DNA of 49,826 nucleotides from Treponema sp. (lineage in GTDB: Bacteria > Spirochaetota > Spirochaetia > Treponematales > Treponemataceae): the NCBI GenBank assembly GCA_017450845.1, contig JAFSSU010000303.1, positions 1-49,826 of the forward strand, read 5' to 3'. Positions 46,566-49,826 of this stretch are shown piece after piece. Below the pieces are notes generated by a model. It was given only the letters and a program-made list of their open reading frames with translations. It was not told the origin of the DNA and searched no databases. Numbering within the stretch: the first letter of the stretch is position 1; the number at the start of each line of letters is the position of its first letter. The translations under genes were made by a program, and so were the position numbers.

Positions 46566-46594
46566 TTTAAACTTTTCCCGTTTTTCGCTATGAT
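46566..46594 (+). promoter_or_regulatory. Candidate promoter of the SH3 lipoprotein / ABC-F unit
   Basis: TTTAAA 46566-46571, 17 bp, TATGAT 46589-46594. Confidence 0.5.
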
Positions 46595-46602
46595 AGGGCG
46601 TT

Positions 46603-47979
46603 ATGAAGCTTTGCAAGGCAGTTTTTCTGGCCCTCTGCGCGGTGGCGGCGTTCCTGCTTGCCTCCTGCGAGGGCGTGATAGGATACAGCGTCGTTCTCTG
46701 GACGATCGCGGACCAGGGAATAGCTGACGGGACGATCGTCCCCGTCTACCTCAAGTCCAACATAATGCAGGAATACGTCATCGACAACCCGAACACCGAT
46801 ATTGTCGAGAAGATAGAGGTGCCTTTCAGCGCGCTCTCCACCCCCATGTCCAAGAAGAAGGCCCTGGAGAGGGCCGCCAAGTACAAGGACTTTGAGCACC
46901 AGTACGCCAAGTGCGTGCTGGACGGCCTTCCCATCCGCGAGGCCCCGGAGAACGGCAGCAAGCAGGTCTACCGGCTGCGTCAGGACGAGATAATCCGCGC
47001 CCTCTACAAGGGTGAGGGGGTCATCCCCACCAACGGCAAGGAGCTTCTTAAGGGCGAGTGGCTGCGCGTCATAACGAAGGGTGGCACGGCGGGCTGGTGC
47101 TTCTCGCAGAACCTCCGCCTTTTCACGATGAATTCCGACGGCTCATACGGCGAGGGGGCGGAGGAGGCCGAGGTGCAGGAGGCGGACGACGAGCTTGAGC
47201 AGATGCTGTCCTCCGTCTGGTACCCTGATTACTTCCAGAAGATGATCTCATCCAAGGAGCTTGATTTTGATTATTTCTCCGAGGACTACCGCTTTGACAC
47301 GGGAAGCTCCACCGGCGAGGTGGTCCTGCGCCTGTTCAACGTCGATGCGAGCTACCCCTACGCGGGAGTCACCAAGCTTCGCGGCGGTGTCTACCGCTTC
47401 AACGGGACGCAGATTCAGGTCACGGTAAAAAGCAAGTCTTCCATAGCATTGCAGTACACGGACTCAAGCGGCAAGCCCCGCTCGTTCGGCTTTGTCACCC
47501 TGGGCAAGGACACGGACATAGCGACGCTCATAAAGAACGAGAAGGAGCGGCGGCAGACCGTCATAAGCGACCTTGCCAAGTTCGGGCCTGAGTTCTTCAG
47601 CTCCGCCTACGGAACCCTTTCTGTCAGCGCAAGCTCGCTGGCTGACGGCGGGACGTTCAGCTGGGCGGACTACGACCTGGTGGTCCCGTCGCTCGTCAGC
47701 CGGAACTCCGGCAAGGACGGGACGGTTTCTATCCGCTACTTCCTGAGCAAGGCCCTCAAGGCAGAATGGGACGGGGTGCTCACGTTCAAGTTCGACAAGA
47801 ACGGCAGCGAGGTGAACCTGCTCTACAAGAAAGAACCGGGAGGGCTCCGCCTTGCCCCCGCACGTATACGGGAGGAGGAGGACAGCGTCACCGGGCGCAA
47901 GATACGCAGCGTGTCCTCCTCGTCCAGCCCGCTCGTCATGTTCTTCCAGACAGCGGCCGCTATGTCCGACGGCCAGTAG
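46603..47979 (+). CDS. SH3-domain-containing spirochaetal lipoprotein
   Basis: Lipobox LLASC; SH3b-like LPIREAP...VYRLR..E....GEWLRV....GTAGWCF. Confidence 0.8.
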   Translation: MKLCKAVFLALCAVAAFLLASCEGVIGYSVVLWTIADQGIADGTIVPVYLKSNIMQEYVIDNPNTDIVEKIEVPFSALSTPMSKKKALERAAKYKDFEHQYAKCVLDGLPIREAPENGSKQVYRLRQDEIIRALYKGEGVIPTNGKELLKGEWLRVITKGGTAGWCFSQNLRLFTMNSDGSYGEGAEEAEVQEADDELEQMLSSVWYPDYFQKMISSKELDFDYFSEDYRFDTGSSTGEVVLRLFNVDASYPYAGVTKLRGGVYRFNGTQIQVTVKSKSSIALQYTDSSGKPRSFGFVTLGKDTDIATLIKNEKERRQTVISDLAKFGPEFFSSAYGTLSVSASSLADGGTFSWADYDLVVPSLVSRNSGKDGTVSIRYFLSKALKAEWDGVLTFKFDKNGSEVNLLYKKEPGGLRLAPARIREEEDSVTGRKIRSVSSSSSPLVMFFQTAAAMSDGQ

Positions 47980-47990
47980 GGGAGGGCAGG

Positions 47991-49826
47991 ATGGCGTTCG
48001 TACAGTTTTCCAAGCTTTCCCTCGCGTTCGGCGACAGGGACATCCTCAAGGAAGCTTCCATAAACCTTCACAAGGGCAGCAAGGCCGCCCTGACAGGCGC
48101 GAACGGGGCGGGCAAGTCCACCCTGATCAAGCTGATGGCGGGCCTTATAAAAGGCGACTCCGGCGAGCGGATCGCGGAGAAGGGGGCGCGGATTTCTTAC
48201 CTGCCCCAGAGCGGGCTGGTGCATTCCGGCTGCACGTTGATGGAGGAGGCGGACAAGGCCTTCGAATACGGATACGAGTGGCAGAAGGAGATAGATGCCC
48301 TGGGCGACCGCATGAAGGCCGAGCCCGCCAAGGCAGACCAGCTTGCCGTCGAGCAGGCGGAGCTGCTTTCCAAGCTGGACGAGTCCGGCTGGTACAGGAG
48401 GGCATCCCTTGCCGAGCAGGTGCTTCTGGGACTGGGCTTCGGCAGGGAGGACTTCGCCAAGCGGACGGAGGAATTCTCCGGCGGCTGGCAGATGAGGATT
48501 GCCCTCGCCAAGTCCCTGATGGCGGAACCGGACATCCTGCTCCTTGACGAGCCGACGAACTACCTTGACATAGAGGCCCGCAACTGGCTGGAAGGCTTCC
48601 TTTCCGACTTCCAGGGAGGCTTCCTCCTGGTGAGCCACGACCGCTACTTCCTGGACCACACGGTGAACGAGGTCTACGAGCTTTTTGGCGGCCAGCTGCG
48701 CCGTTATCCGGGCAACTTCAGCCATTACGAGGAGGTCCGCGCCCAGGAGCTTGAGACCCTGACCGCCGAATACAAGAAGCAGCAGGAAGAGATCGCCCAC
48801 CTGGAGGAATTCATCAACCGCTTCGGATACAAGGCGACCAAGGCGGCGCAGGCCCAGGAGCGGCAGAAGATGCTGGACAAGCTCCTTGCCAACAAGATAG
48901 AGATACCCGAGAATCTCAAGAAGATACATTTCTCCTTCCCGGCCGCCCCGCATTCGGGCCAGCTGGTGCTGACCCTGCAGGGGCTGACCAAGAGCTACGG
49001 CGGGCCTGCGGTCATAAACGGCCTTGACATCGTGGTGGAGCGGGGCGAGAGGCTCGTCGTCGCGGGACGGAACGGTGCGGGAAAGTCCACGCTCCTCCGC
49101 ATTCTGGCCGGGGCGGATTCCGATTACACAGGCACGGTCAAGCTGGGCACGGACGTTTCGGTCGGTTACTTCTGCCAGGACAACGCGGAGAAGATAACCG
49201 GCAGCGAGACAATCCTTGAGCGGCTGGAGTCCAAGGCTCCGCTCGCCCTCGTGCCGAAGCTGCGCGACATGCTGGGGGCCTTCCTCTTCCGGGGCGACGA
49301 CGTGTTCAAGAGCATAGACGTGCTTTCCGGCGGGGAGAAGAGCAGGATTGCCCTGCTGGAGTTGCTCCTGCGCCCGGTGAACCTGCTCGTGCTGGACGAG
49401 CCTACGAACCATCTGGACATGCACTCCAAGGACGTGCTGCTGGACGCGCTCAGGGACTTCGGCGGGACGGTCGTCTTTGTAAGCCACGACAGGGGCTTCA
49501 TCGAGGGGCTTGCGACCCGCGTGCTGGAGCTGCATCCCGGCAGGCACCGCATTTTCCCCGGCGACTACAAGTATTACATGGAGCGTCTTGAGGCCGAGGC
49601 CTCGGGCGAGATTCCGCCGCCAGCTGCCGGTGCCTCCGCATCGTCTTCCGCAAAGGCTCCGGCCCGCCAGTCCGCGTCCGCATCCTCCTCCGATGACGGC
49701 AGTTCGGGCAAGGAGGCCTGGGAGAAGCGCAAGCAGGAGGAAGCCGGGCGGCGCAAGATAGAGAAAGAGGTCGCCCGCCTGGAAAAGCTCATAGCCGAGG
49801 CCGAGGCCAAGAAGACCGAGCTTGAG
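47991..49826 (+). CDS. ABC-F family ATP-binding protein (runs off the right edge; not in ORF track)
   Basis: Manual translation from ATG 47991: GANGAGKSTL, FSGGWQMR, LLDEPTNYLD, VSHDR, then GRNGAGKSTL, LSGGEKSR, LDEPTNHLD. No TM domain; C-terminal coiled coil. Confidence 0.95.
   Translation, partial: MAFVQFSKLSLAFGDRDILKEASINLHKGSKAALTGANGAGKSTLIKLMAGLIKGDSGERIAEKGARISYLPQSGLVHSGCTLMEEADKAFEYGYEWQKEIDALGDRMKAEPAKADQLAVEQAELLSKLDESGWYRRASLAEQVLLGLGFGREDFAKRTEEFSGGWQMRIALAKSLMAEPDILLLDEPTNYLDIEARNWLEGFLSDFQGGFLLVSHDRYFLDHTVNEVYELFGGQLRRYPGNFSHYEEVRAQELETLTAEYKKQQEEIAHLEEFINRFGYKATKAAQAQERQKMLDKLLANKIEIPENLKKIHFSFPAAPHSGQLVLTLQGLTKSYGGPAVINGLDIVVERGERLVVAGRNGAGKSTLLRILAGADSDYTGTVKLGTDVSVGYFCQDNAEKITGSETILERLESKAPLALVPKLRDMLGAFLFRGDDVFKSIDVLSGGEKSRIALLELLLRPVNLLVLDEPTNHLDMHSKDVLLDALRDFGGTVVFVSHDRGFIEGLATRVLELHPGRHRIFPGDYKYYMERLEAEASGEIPPPAAGASASSSAKAPARQSASASSSDDGSSGKEAWEKRKQEEAGRRKIEKEVARLEKLIAEAEAKKTELE

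Noticed and set aside
47823-49547. 574-aa minus-strand ORF
   Set aside because: Antisense shadow of the ABC-F gene, which has all motifs on the + strand. The same applies to long antisense ORFs over ftsW, ftsA, topA, tamB and mutS.

Overview
Chromosomal window from a GC-rich spirochaete, most likely a Treponema (inferred from gene order and protein style). It is mostly core genome. In order: a partial Nim/PNPOx-like gene; an exported flavodoxin; a half-length MazG; the dcw cluster (mraZ-rsmH-ftsL-murF-ftsW-ftsQ-ftsA-ftsZ) continuing into xerD-TPR-dprA-topA-xerC-hslVU; tmk; tamB-bamA-skp-mutS; an SH3/M48-protease pair; GTP-PEPCK; a thioredoxin-like lipoprotein; rpsD; a membrane EAL protein; a helical hypothetical plus ruvAB-queA; a five-gene minus-strand operon; an SH3 lipoprotein; and a partial ABC-F gene. 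No rRNA, tRNA, CRISPR array, prophage or IS element was seen. The best candidate for an uncharacterised system is the five-gene operon at 40190-46332. It couples a sugar-nucleotide 4,6-dehydratase and a DegT aminotransferase to an intact-length three-subunit xanthine-dehydrogenase-like complex whose molybdenum-cofactor-binding loops appear selectively lost. Immediately upstream is an array of five 16-bp palindromes at an exact 22-bp period. Several structured leaders and symmetric promoter regions are also flagged. All family assignments come from reading motifs by eye; no database searches were run.
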